Positions 1-7,566 of a stretch of 24,732 nt of DNA are shown here, piece after piece; positions within the stretch are counted from its first letter, which is position 1; each line of letters opens with the position of its first letter. A model generated the notes under the pieces. It did not search any database and was not told the DNA's origin. It saw nothing but the letters and a program-made list of their open reading frames with translations. The DNA is from a virus (Duplodnaviria > Caudoviricetes), in the IMG/VR virus record IMGVR_UViG_3300012665_002105, positions 1-24,732 of that record; one strand, 5' to 3'. Made by a program: the position numbers and the translations under genes.

Positions 1-627
1 TTATCCGTGTAATACGTGTAATGCGTGGTTATAGTGCTTGATACGATCATCAAGACCAATTGTACCACCATTAATACGTTTTGTTAATGTAAGAATGTCG
101 CCTTTATCTGCCCATTGATTAAGATTATTTGTTTCCCAAAACCAGCAAGCTGATTGAATAGCGCCTTCGAATGTTGCCAAATATTCTGGAAGTTCTTCAA
201 CTGGTGTCTCAATTGATTCAGCAAATGCTGTGTAGTTTTGCTTGCCAGTCAATTGAATAAGTCCACGACCGCAGTAACGGAAACCGTCACCTGATTGTTC
301 GTCACCGTTGCCCATACGATTACCATAGACACGATTTGCAATCATCTCCTGTTTGCCAGCGTATGCATTGGCAAGTTCGTCTGTTGGGAAATACTTAGGA
401 AATATCTTGCGTAGTGTTACTGCACGATAATTTAAGTTTTCTTTCAGTGCTCGATAACCGCCTGACTCGTGAGCGGTCTGTGCTAAGAAAGCCGCAACAC
501 GATTGAGTGTGTTAATTTCGTACTCTGGAAGAATTTCGCTTAGTGCGTGATGCCAGTGATCCAAATATGGATTTCCTGGTAAAATTTGTGCTAACTTTTC
601 TTTTGTAAATTCAAATTCAAAACTCAT
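1..627 (-). CDS. Glycoside hydrolase family 19 endolysin (lysozyme/chitinase-like)
   Basis: GH19 motifs AAFLAQTAHESGG (catalytic Glu), ENLNY, FRYCGRGLIQLTGKQNY, SACWFW, TKRINGGTIGLDDR; GAGGG RBS upstream. Confidence 0.92.
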   Translation of the reverse strand: MSFEFEFTKEKLAQILPGNPYLDHWHHALSEILPEYEINTLNRVAAFLAQTAHESGGYRALKENLNYRAVTLRKIFPKYFPTDELANAYAGKQEMIANRVYGNRMGNGDEQSGDGFRYCGRGLIQLTGKQNYTAFAESIETPVEELPEYLATFEGAIQSACWFWETNNLNQWADKGDILTLTKRINGGTIGLDDRIKHYNHALHVLHG

Positions 628-636
628 ATCGCCCTC

Positions 637-1374
637 TTATATTAATTTAATTAGCAGTGCTTGATCATCTTTCTTTATCATAAAACTTTCACCCATTTTG
701 ATAATTTCATAATCACCAAAAATTTTGTTTAGATAAACTGTTTCAGCTAATGCTTGCTCGTCCAACTTGATGTTATCGTTGTTGTTTTCCATTACATCCT
801 GATAGTGTCCAATATCTTTAAGTTCAAAACTAATACTGTTATCAAAAGGTTTGACTAATGTTACTACGTTGCCTTCAATGACAATATTATCATATACTGA
901 TTGATTTAAAAAGTTTTTAATTGTGCCAACTTTACTTTCATGTAAGTAGTTGTCATAACTATTTGGATCTAATGGCACCTCTTCTGTAATATTTTCTATA
1001 GTATACTCTTTACTACGCCACTCTTTATGATAGCGATAACGCCATTCATCAATACCTGTTAAACGACCAACACCGCCTAACATTTCTTCAATTCTTTTTG
1101 GTAAATGTCTGTCGCGTTCAATTTCAACAAACACACTATACTTGCCATCGCTTTCCTCGCCACTGCTGATGTCAGCGTCTAAAACGTATTCATATCCACG
1201 TTCTAAAAATTCCATTAAGTCAATTGCAGGTAAACGATCTCTAACTCTAAAACTGATAACAGCAACGTCTCGGTCTTCGCCCATCTTGCTCTTGTAAGTG
1301 TCTACTAAAAACAAATTAGAAACAAAATGCTCTAAGTCTTTTGCTTTTAGACCTTCATTAAGTTGCTTATGCAT
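637..1374 (-). CDS. Phage hypothetical protein (245 aa)
   Basis: Long ORF. Start moved from 1407 to ATG 1374 (MHKQLNEGL) because AGGAGG at 1384-1389 lies 9 nt upstream and the start overlaps the previous stop. No recognised domain. Confidence 0.8.
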   Translation of the reverse strand: MHKQLNEGLKAKDLEHFVSNLFLVDTYKSKMGEDRDVAVISFRVRDRLPAIDLMEFLERGYEYVLDADISSGEESDGKYSVFVEIERDRHLPKRIEEMLGGVGRLTGIDEWRYRYHKEWRSKEYTIENITEEVPLDPNSYDNYLHESKVGTIKNFLNQSVYDNIVIEGNVVTLVKPFDNSISFELKDIGHYQDVMENNNDNIKLDEQALAETVYLNKIFGDYEIIKMGESFMIKKDDQALLIKLI

Positions 1375-1894
1375 TTGATGCAGCCTCCTGTTGATTTTGC
1401 GCCGCATTTACATCTGGCATCATATTTTCACTTTGAGTATTCATCTGCATGTCTTCACCCATCTTGTCATTTTCTTTCTTGACATATCCTTGATAGATGT
1501 CTTGCATTAGTTTTTTAGGTATAATAATTTCAACTATCCAAATTTCTTTTTTATCTATTTTACCTTTTTTACTTCCTGGACGATAGTCGCTAGGCTTTAA
1601 TACTTTGCGTGGAACTAGTAAATGATCTTTCTTAAACAAGACTTTGCAGTCATATTCAAGTAAACGTTTACCGCCATCTGGATCTGGCATCTTATCGTAA
1701 TCCCACATAAACTTACAACTAACAGTGTATCTGTTAACTACAGGGCCTTCAATAAGTTCACCGTCTTCCCAATTTTCGTAGACGTATATATCAAGTTCAT
1801 CTAGAACTCGCTCAAAGTCTTTTAGTATACCCAGATTGTTGTTTCCGGCATATACTTCTTGTACGTTTTTAAGTACTTCAATGATATCTGGCAT
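1367..1894 (-). CDS. Phage hypothetical protein (175 aa)
   Basis: Start moved to ATG 1894 (MPDIIEVLK), with GAGGA RBS at 1905-1909 and TAAATA at 1915-1920. Globular-looking core (DFERVLDELDIYVYENWEDGEL...MPDPDGGKRLL). Confidence 0.8.
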   Translation of the reverse strand: MPDIIEVLKNVQEVYAGNNNLGILKDFERVLDELDIYVYENWEDGELIEGPVVNRYTVSCKFMWDYDKMPDPDGGKRLLEYDCKVLFKKDHLLVPRKVLKPSDYRPGSKKGKIDKKEIWIVEIIIPKKLMQDIYQGYVKKENDKMGEDMQMNTQSENMMPDVNAAQNQQEAASNA

Positions 1895-1914
1895 GGTATT
1901 GTTATCCTCGATAA

Positions 1915-1920
1915 TATTTA
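1915..1920 (-). promoter_or_regulatory. Putative phage late promoter (TAAATA core, T4 TATAAATA-like)
   Basis: cTAAATA lies 5 nt upstream of the RBS of the leftward operon ending in the endolysin; the same core recurs in other intergenic gaps. Confidence 0.5.
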
Positions 1921-1963
1921 GCAAGAAATTTGGGTATATGAGCTAGGTTTTAGTCCGAGCTCT

Positions 1964-1969
1964 TAAATA
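1964..1969 (+). promoter_or_regulatory. Putative late promoter (TAAATA) for phoH
   Basis: tTAAATAg about 20 nt upstream of the AGGAGG RBS (1991-1996); no clear sigma70 -35/-10 pair seen. Confidence 0.4.
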
Positions 1970-2002
1970 GTATTGTAGGTCGCGATTAACAGGAGGTGTC
2001 TA

Positions 2003-2728
2003 TTGTCAAGAGCGAAACAGCGTGAACGTAACAGTTCACAAAACAATAATCTCATTGAGATTAACAAGTATCAAAAGAAAAACCGTCAAGTTCATGTGAT
2101 TCCGCGAAACTTTTCGCAGGAAACATATATCGAACTGCTAAAAAATCCACGAAAATATATAGTATTTGCCATCGGACCTGCGGGTACGGGTAAAACTCTA
2201 TTGGGTGTGCAAATGGCTATTAAAGCATTGCAAGAAAAAACTGTCGAAAAGATAGTCGTTACACGCCCAGCAGTAAGTGTGGATGAAGAGCACGGATTCC
2301 TACCAGGAACTTTGAATGAGAAAATGGCCCCGTGGACGAGGCCTATTTTTGATGTGTTTGAGCAGTATTATACTACTCAAGAAATTGCTGGTATGATGGA
2401 TGACGGTGTATTAGAAATTAGTCCGCTAGCATACATGAGGGGGAGAACTTTTAAGAACGCATATATTATCGCAGACGAGATGCAGAACGCAACACCATCA
2501 CAGATGAAGATGTTGCTAACACGTTTAGGTGAAGGAAGTAAGATGGCAGTCACAGGCGACCTACAGCAAGCCGACCGTCCATCAACAAACGGCCTTTTAG
2601 ATTTTTTAAGTCTCTATAACAGCACAACTACACATAAGGGGGTGGATTTGGTGGAGTTTGCACAGAAGGATATCGAGAGACATGACGCAGTAAAAGAGAT
2701 TTTACGAATTTACGGCGACAATTGTTAA
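2003..2728 (+). CDS. phoH: PhoH family ATPase
   Basis: Walker A GPAGTGKT, TRPAV, GFLPG, LAYMRGRTF, Walker B IIADEMQN, LLTRLG, TGDLQQAD; TTG start with AGGAGG RBS. Confidence 0.96.
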   Translation: MSRAKQRERNSSQNNNLIEINKYQKKNRQVHVIPRNFSQETYIELLKNPRKYIVFAIGPAGTGKTLLGVQMAIKALQEKTVEKIVVTRPAVSVDEEHGFLPGTLNEKMAPWTRPIFDVFEQYYTTQEIAGMMDDGVLEISPLAYMRGRTFKNAYIIADEMQNATPSQMKMLLTRLGEGSKMAVTGDLQQADRPSTNGLLDFLSLYNSTTTHKGVDLVEFAQKDIERHDAVKEILRIYGDNC

Positions 2729-2730
2729 AC

Positions 2731-2760
2731 AATAAAGCCCCAATCCTGGGGCTTTATTTT
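2731..2760. terminator. Bidirectional intrinsic terminator between convergent phoH and DUF2452-like genes
   Basis: Perfect 12-bp inverted repeat AATAAAGCCCCA-atcc-TGGGGCTTTATT with T-rich tails on both strands; overlaps the stop codon at 2754-2756. Confidence 0.88.
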
Positions 2761-3215
2761 ATTTCCATCCACGTATGGTCACCCATATACTTTACCTGCG
2801 TTTGGTAAACGTAATCTTCAGGTGGCCCGCTAGACCATCCATCCGGTCCATGATGTGTCAACAACATTTTTTCCCTACGCTTATCCCAAGCTAACCAATA
2901 TGATTGCCCCATTACTGGCTGAAATTGATATTCGGCCGCATGAACAGCATCAGTTACATCAAGTCTTCGCTTAATATCATTTGCTTGTTTTTGCAATACT
3001 GAAACCAACTCCATAATACGATCATACTCTTGCTGGGCATACATCCTAGCATGATTAATCATCATGTCTTTTTGTTTAGTAACTGGTACTAAATCAAAAT
3101 TAGGACTGCCAGCTTCAGTAGGATAGGGTGTTACATTGCGATTAAAAAAGGGAACTATTGAGTCCCCTATTTCAGCATCATAGCTGTTACGCCCTTTAGC
3201 TGAATTACTAGTCAT
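2754..3215 (-). CDS. DUF2452-like protein
   Basis: PYPT..GSP.F N-terminal motif, central coiled coil (QQEYDRIMELVSVLQKQANDIKRR), then A.YQFQPVMGQSYWL...P..W...GDHTW pattern; TAATG overlap with the clamp loader stop. Confidence 0.7.
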   Translation of the reverse strand: MTSNSAKGRNSYDAEIGDSIVPFFNRNVTPYPTEAGSPNFDLVPVTKQKDMMINHARMYAQQEYDRIMELVSVLQKQANDIKRRLDVTDAVHAAEYQFQPVMGQSYWLAWDKRREKMLLTHHGPDGWSSGPPEDYVYQTQVKYMGDHTWMEIK

Positions 3216-4135
3216 TACTGCAAACGTGCCAACTTGATTAATGTTGCTGACATATTAATTTCTGGATCAGCAATCAATGTATGATCTACTAGACCTTGTT
3301 TGATAATAATAACAGCCGCATCTTGTACTTCTTCATCTGTACTAAACACATCTAAATTATCATACATCCAACGGTAAATGCCTTCCATCTCTTCCGGACG
3401 TGAACTACTACAAATTAGTTTACGTGCATCAGCAATCTTACCTGCTTTAAACAACTCGACCATTTTCATTTTCCAGTCACTTTGACCTGCATCACTAGCA
3501 TTGGGTTTTACTAGTTTATCTTCTTGTACATTCTGTTGTACCAAGTTAATACACTTACGCAAGTCTGGATATGTTACTTTAACATACGTATCTAACGTGT
3601 CCAAGTCAAATTCTATATTTTCTTCTACAAGAATTGTAGCAACACGAGCTGTGAACTCTGTTTGATCAATCTTTTCAAAGTGGAATGTTTGGCAACGACT
3701 GTGAATTGCTGGAATAATTTGATTAGGGTGATTACAAGTTAAAATAAAGCGACTTGTACTTGAGTACTCTTCCATAACACCACGCATAGCTGCCTGCGCT
3801 GAAGGTGTTAAGTAATCAGCCTCATCTAACAACACAACTTTAAACGGGCCCCATGGCATCATGCTAATAAAGTTTGTAATACGATCACGCACTTCATCAA
3901 TACCGCGCTCACGTGATGCGTTAATTTCTAAAACATCATAATCTGGAATTTCTAGTTCATTAAGCAATAGTTTTGCTAGGGTAGTTTTTCCAATACCAGG
4001 ACTTCCACTTAATAGTAAGTGTGGAATACTGCCTTCCTTAATCCAAGTTTGTACTTGCTTACGCTGTCCCTCGTCTCTAAAAACATAACCATCTACTGTT
4101 TTAGGACGATATTTTTCTACCCATAAATCTTTCAT
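3215..4135 (-). CDS. Sliding-clamp loader AAA+ subunit (RFC small subunit / T4 gp44-like)
   Basis: RFC boxes LWVEKYRP, PHLLLSGSPGIGKTT, LEINASRERGIDEVR, KVVLLDEADYLT, SRC arginine finger, DLRKCIN. Confidence 0.95.
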   Translation of the reverse strand: MKDLWVEKYRPKTVDGYVFRDEGQRKQVQTWIKEGSIPHLLLSGSPGIGKTTLAKLLLNELEIPDYDVLEINASRERGIDEVRDRITNFISMMPWGPFKVVLLDEADYLTPSAQAAMRGVMEEYSSTSRFILTCNHPNQIIPAIHSRCQTFHFEKIDQTEFTARVATILVEENIEFDLDTLDTYVKVTYPDLRKCINLVQQNVQEDKLVKPNASDAGQSDWKMKMVELFKAGKIADARKLICSSSRPEEMEGIYRWMYDNLDVFSTDEEVQDAAVIIIKQGLVDHTLIADPEINMSATLIKLARLQ

Positions 4136-4148
4136 TCTTTTGCCTTTG

Positions 4149-4337
4149 TTATAATGTTTCTTTAGAATCAGTTGTGTTTAAGATGTGTAATTTTAAAGAT
4201 TCAGCAGTGTCCATGTCTAATGTATATTGATCAACACATTCATTATGCTCAAATATTTTAACTACCACAGACCTGCCGTCTACAAAAAATTCTGTTTTTT
4301 CGTTTGTTGAGTCATTAACTAGTATACACGTTTTCAT
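4149..4337 (-). CDS. Small hypothetical protein (62 aa)
   Basis: Fills the gap exactly; ATGA overlap with the upstream gene's stop. Confidence 0.65.
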   Translation of the reverse strand: MKTCILVNDSTNEKTEFFVDGRSVVVKIFEHNECVDQYTLDMDTAESLKLHILNTTDSKETL

Positions 4338-4612
4338 TCTGTTTTACTAGCCTGTTGTTTTTCGTATTTTTCCTGGGCTTCTTTTAGTTGTTGTTCGTTA
4401 AGCCCATGCCAACCAATACAGTCGCCTGTTGGACTACGACCACAGCCGCATGACCCAAACTTTTTTCCATCTTCTGTTACTCGTACTTGCATATTTTTAT
4501 CCTTTTTACCAAATATTTTTTCAAAACTATTACCAAACTCTTCTTGACTTACACTGTATGGTCTAGGTCTACTACCTTTACCGCCAGATCCGCCATTCCA
4601 ATGTTCTGCCAT
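4334..4612 (-). CDS. Small protein with CDGSH-like 3Cys-1His motif (92 aa)
   Basis: Start moved to ATG 4612 (GAGGA RBS at 4620-4624); motif CGCGRSPTGDCIGWH at 4406-4450. Confidence 0.7.
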   Translation of the reverse strand: MAEHWNGGSGGKGSRPRPYSVSQEEFGNSFEKIFGKKDKNMQVRVTEDGKKFGSCGCGRSPTGDCIGWHGLNEQQLKEAQEKYEKQQASKTE

Positions 4613-4622
4613 TTTATTATCC

Positions 4623-5237
4623 TCATAATCTTGTAAAATTATCAACTACACCTATCTCGCCATCAAACCAAGTGTTAAATGCCATTGAGCATCTAACATT
4701 GTCACTCAGCCCACCCATGACACCGTGTTTGAGTCTTGAGGGGAATAATATTAACATTCCAGTAGTTGCTTTAAATTTATACCAATCCCAGTTCCACTGA
4801 TATTTGTTTTTTAGCTGTTCATCAGTATCCCAGGAAATGTAGTTATCATTATATGTTGTATCACGATAGAAAGTTATCCCTGCATTACTTTCGTCAGCAC
4901 TAACGTAATAAACGCCACTTACTATTGAATTTTGGTGTACATGGGCAAATGTTTCTTGAGGTATGCCATCATGTTTAGTACACCAACTTTGTGTTACTCG
5001 TAATCTTTGACTAGTTCCTAATGTTTTTTCAGAATAATCATTCAATGCAGTGGTTATAAACTGTTTTATATTATTGGGGGCAGTATTAAAAACATATTTG
5101 TCTTCAGTTACTGTCATATTATATACTGGATGAGTATGATACTTTAAATTTAACAGTGTGCTATGCTCACTATTAGACATTTGCTGATTAACAGCAATTC
5201 CTACAGGGGTAGGAAAAATGTCTTGTATTTCTATCAT
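4623..5237 (-). CDS. Putative 2OG-Fe(II) oxygenase (TIGR02466 / 2OG-FeII_Oxy_5-like)
   Basis: IFPTP N-terminus, QSW, HVHQNSIVSGVYYV, GMLILFPSRLKHGV, RCSMAFN. Confidence 0.88.
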   Translation of the reverse strand: MIEIQDIFPTPVGIAVNQQMSNSEHSTLLNLKYHTHPVYNMTVTEDKYVFNTAPNNIKQFITTALNDYSEKTLGTSQRLRVTQSWCTKHDGIPQETFAHVHQNSIVSGVYYVSADESNAGITFYRDTTYNDNYISWDTDEQLKNKYQWNWDWYKFKATTGMLILFPSRLKHGVMGGLSDNVRCSMAFNTWFDGEIGVVDNFTRL

Positions 5238-5839
5238 TTAATATCTGCCCAATTTAAGTCTAGATGTGATCCAACAGTACCTTTAATAAACACGTTAAAC
5301 GCCAAGCTAATTCTTTTGTGATTTGATTTTTTAATTACTCTTACTTCATGATTTAGACTAGATGGAAACAATAATAGATCTCCGGTCGCTACTGGAATTT
5401 CCCAAGATGGTGAATTCCAAACGTTCCAATTTTTAGGTCTTAGCTCAATTGTTTTGTAAACTTCATCATAGAATAAAATTGAGTCCGATGAAGAGTCTGC
5501 AATAACATATAATACGCCACTTAAAATACTATTACCGTGTGTATGCTTATGATGAAATCCGTCAGTTTCTGTTACATTTGTCCAACTTATAGTAATATAC
5601 GGTTCAATACTGTCTCTTGGTGATATTACTTTTTCAAAATATTCATATACGTCATTCAATATAATATTTTTCAAATTTGCCAATTCTGGTAATTCTAAAA
5701 CATACACACTTGTGCTTGTAACATTGCCAGAATTTAATCGAGTTTCTAAATTTTCTAAAACAGCAAGTTCAATATTGGAAAAAGGACGACCAATATTATT
5801 CCTGCTTACTGCTTTAGGAAAAAGAGATAAAATATCCAT
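5234..5839 (-). CDS. Putative 2OG-Fe(II) oxygenase (TIGR02466 / 2OG-FeII_Oxy_5-like)
   Basis: LFPKAV N-terminus, ISW, HHKHTHGNSILSGVLYV, GDLLLFPSSLNHEV, RISLAFN; ATGA overlap with the paralog. Confidence 0.9.
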   Translation of the reverse strand: MDILSLFPKAVSRNNIGRPFSNIELAVLENLETRLNSGNVTSTSVYVLELPELANLKNIILNDVYEYFEKVISPRDSIEPYITISWTNVTETDGFHHKHTHGNSILSGVLYVIADSSSDSILFYDEVYKTIELRPKNWNVWNSPSWEIPVATGDLLLFPSSLNHEVRVIKKSNHKRISLAFNVFIKGTVGSHLDLNWADIK

Positions 5840-5845
5840 TGTGAC

Positions 5846-6244
5846 TTACACCATTTCTTCAGCAATGCCTAAAATTTCTGCAACAATCAATAATACGCCA
5901 GCTATTGCAAATTCACCAAAGCATAGTGTAACACCTGCAAGTATTCTAAATCCGCTTTTAACAAAGCTGATATACTTGTGCTTAGTTGCATCTGGATATT
6001 CTATTGTGACTGTTTGTGGTACAACTGCTGGCTCTGGTACTTCGTTCTTCTCAATCATTTGTTTCATTTTATCTAGTTCACCAACGTTTGCATCTACTTC
6101 TGCATCACGTGGACTTACTACTTCTTGTGAAACTGATTTCTTTGTATTACGTTTTTTGGGTGCATCGCCTGCAATATTGTCTAACTTAGATTTTAAGTCT
6201 TCTTGTATAGCTACTTCTTTTTCTGATATGCCTGTTATAGTCAT
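5846..6244 (-). CDS. Hypothetical membrane protein (charged N-terminal region, hydrophobic C-terminal hairpin)
   Basis: AGGAG RBS at 6251-6255; C-terminal ISFVKSGFRILAGVTLCFGEFAIAGVLLIVAEILGIAEEMV. Confidence 0.8.
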   Translation of the reverse strand: MTITGISEKEVAIQEDLKSKLDNIAGDAPKKRNTKKSVSQEVVSPRDAEVDANVGELDKMKQMIEKNEVPEPAVVPQTVTIEYPDATKHKYISFVKSGFRILAGVTLCFGEFAIAGVLLIVAEILGIAEEMV

Positions 6245-6264
6245 AAGAGTCTCCTATTTTCATT

Positions 6265-6293
6265 ATTATACAGTTAAGAAAAGGGACTGTCAA
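6265..6293 (-). promoter_or_regulatory. Consensus sigma70 promoter TTGACA-N17-TATAAT
   Basis: Minus strand reads TTGACA(6293-6288) gtcccttttcttaactg TATAAT(6270-6265), followed by AGGAG and the ATG at 6244. Confidence 0.9.
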
Positions 6294-6301
6294 GTCCCTT
6301 T
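6276..6301 (-). terminator. Intrinsic terminator after the NTP pyrophosphatase gene, overlapping the -35 box
   Basis: Minus strand AAAGGGACT-tgac-AGTCCCTTT followed by tctt; begins 4 nt after the TAA at 6306-6308. Confidence 0.75.
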
Positions 6302-6305
6302 GAGT

Positions 6306-6674
6306 TTATTTGGACACAAATTGTCCTAACTCCGGCGGCATCCACCCTACAGGTTTCAATACCTTTCCGTCTTCACGCTTGCGTACTTTGCCAGTTTCTT
6401 TATCAATCTTAGCAAAATTTGTTCGCATAACTTCTTTCCAGCCACCTTCGCCATCCATTCCAGCTGAATGAATTGCGCCCACTGTGACAACAATGAAATC
6501 AAGTAATGCATCTAACGTCTCTACTTGATCATTATTATCAATAGCAACTTTTAGTTCTTTCCATTCTTCTTCCATCAAATCTAGATATAATTTGAATTGA
6601 TCCTGATTGAAACCTTCGACTGTTTGGTCGCAGGCTTTCATAAATGTTTCTTGATCACGAAATGGATTAGTCAT
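6306..6674 (-). CDS. All-alpha NTP pyrophosphohydrolase (MazG-like, PRA-PH/DR2231-type; possible dUTPase)
   Basis: EEExxEL...ExLDALxD metal-binding motif; EVMRTNFAK and KREDGKVLKPVGWMPP C-terminal signature. Confidence 0.85.
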   Translation of the reverse strand: MTNPFRDQETFMKACDQTVEGFNQDQFKLYLDLMEEEWKELKVAIDNNDQVETLDALLDFIVVTVGAIHSAGMDGEGGWKEVMRTNFAKIDKETGKVRKREDGKVLKPVGWMPPELGQFVSK

Positions 6675-6858
6675 TTTTAACCTCTACTGAACGCAAAATT
6701 TTCTCACTGTAAACGTGTAACACTCCGCGGTCATCTTCTACTACTAAACGAATTGCACCACTTAGTTTGGCAAATACTGCAACTACGTGCCCAACGAATG
6801 TATAATCCCCGCCAACCTTTTCAACAAGGTCTCCTACCTTAAACTGTGCTTCTAACAT
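6667..6858 (-). CDS. Small SH3-fold protein, type II DHFR (DfrB/R67)-like
   Basis: FKVGDLVEKVGG..F.GHVV...VVE...GVLHVYS...L parallels recalled R67 [18 protein letters not shown]...AVE...GSVQIYP...L. The ORF is likely real; the family call is tentative. Confidence 0.55.
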   Translation of the reverse strand: MLEAQFKVGDLVEKVGGDYTFVGHVVAVFAKLSGAIRLVVEDDRGVLHVYSEKILRSVEVKND

Positions 6859-6860
6859 TA

Positions 6861-7235
6861 TTATGCTCCTGGAATATTAAAGGCCATTTGGCCAATGCTC
6901 ATGCGAATACCGTCTTCTTCTGGTTTTTCGTCTTGTAAACATAAAATGCCATTGTTATCAATCATATGAATAACAATTTCATCACCGTTCTCATTTTCAT
7001 ATTTGTGTGCTCTAGTCCAACGTCCATGTTGCATCAATAACCACTGTCCAACTTTGACATCTTTTTGTTCATCACCAACAAACAGTACTCTACACCAACG
7101 TGGATGTAAACCGCTACTTTTGCCGTCATCGCCTAGTAAAACGATGCCACCTTTAGTTGTTTCAGCGTCAAAATTCATATCCGTTACGATAACTTTATCA
7201 CGCAATGGACGTATGTTGCCTTTTACTGCGGCCAT
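6861..7235 (-). CDS. groES: Phage co-chaperonin GroES (Cpn10)
   Basis: IRPLRDKVIV, mobile loop TTKGGIVL, VLFVG, DVKVGQWLL; GAGG RBS. Confidence 0.88.
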   Translation of the reverse strand: MAAVKGNIRPLRDKVIVTDMNFDAETTKGGIVLLGDDGKSSGLHPRWCRVLFVGDEQKDVKVGQWLLMQHGRWTRAHKYENENGDEIVIHMIDNNGILCLQDEKPEEDGIRMSIGQMAFNIPGA

Positions 7236-7236
7236 G

Positions 7237-7548
7237 TTATTCCTCTTGCGGTTTATTTTTGCGATTCTTGTTTAGAATCTTTTGAGCTTCCTCTGGAGTG
7301 ATATCTGGATCAGGACCAAAGTCTTCCTCAAAGGTATCTACATGTGTTAATTGTGCTGACTCAGTTTTTACTTGTTCTTCAGCAACTGCATTTTTAGAAC
7401 GGATAATAGTGCCGCCTGGACCAATCTCATCGCCACGTGCATTTACACGCATATTGCCCACTGCTGGGACTAATTCATTAGCAACTCTAATTGAGTCAAA
7501 ATCAATTGTCTTTCCCTGCATTGTTTTGTATATTTTTCTTTCTGCCAT
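7237..7548 (-). CDS. Hypothetical protein adjacent to groES (103 aa)
   Basis: AGGAG RBS at 7555-7559; N-terminal YKTMQGKTIDF...AVGNMRVNARGDEIGPGG, then an acidic low-complexity region and basic end. Confidence 0.8.
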   Translation of the reverse strand: MAERKIYKTMQGKTIDFDSIRVANELVPAVGNMRVNARGDEIGPGGTIIRSKNAVAEEQVKTESAQLTHVDTFEEDFGPDPDITPEEAQKILNKNRKNKPQEE

Positions 7549-7566
7549 TTTTGTCTCCTAGACTTT

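Noticed and set aside
1-627. GH19 as a true chitinase auxiliary gene
   Set aside because: Phage GH19 proteins of this type are established peptidoglycan hydrolases, and there is no chitin-binding domain or signal peptide.
1367-1894. ORF starting MPDII as the missing catalytic half of DnaE (which should start near PDxDxD)
   Set aside because: Only MPD matches; there is no second or third Asp and no other DnaE motif.
1940-1962. Imperfect inverted repeat GAGCT...AGCTC between the divergent promoters
   Set aside because: Short, mismatched stem without a U-tract; could be chance.
5712-6329. 205-aa plus-strand ORF
   Set aside because: Antisense to two well-supported genes and a promoter/terminator; no motif; typical shadow ORF.
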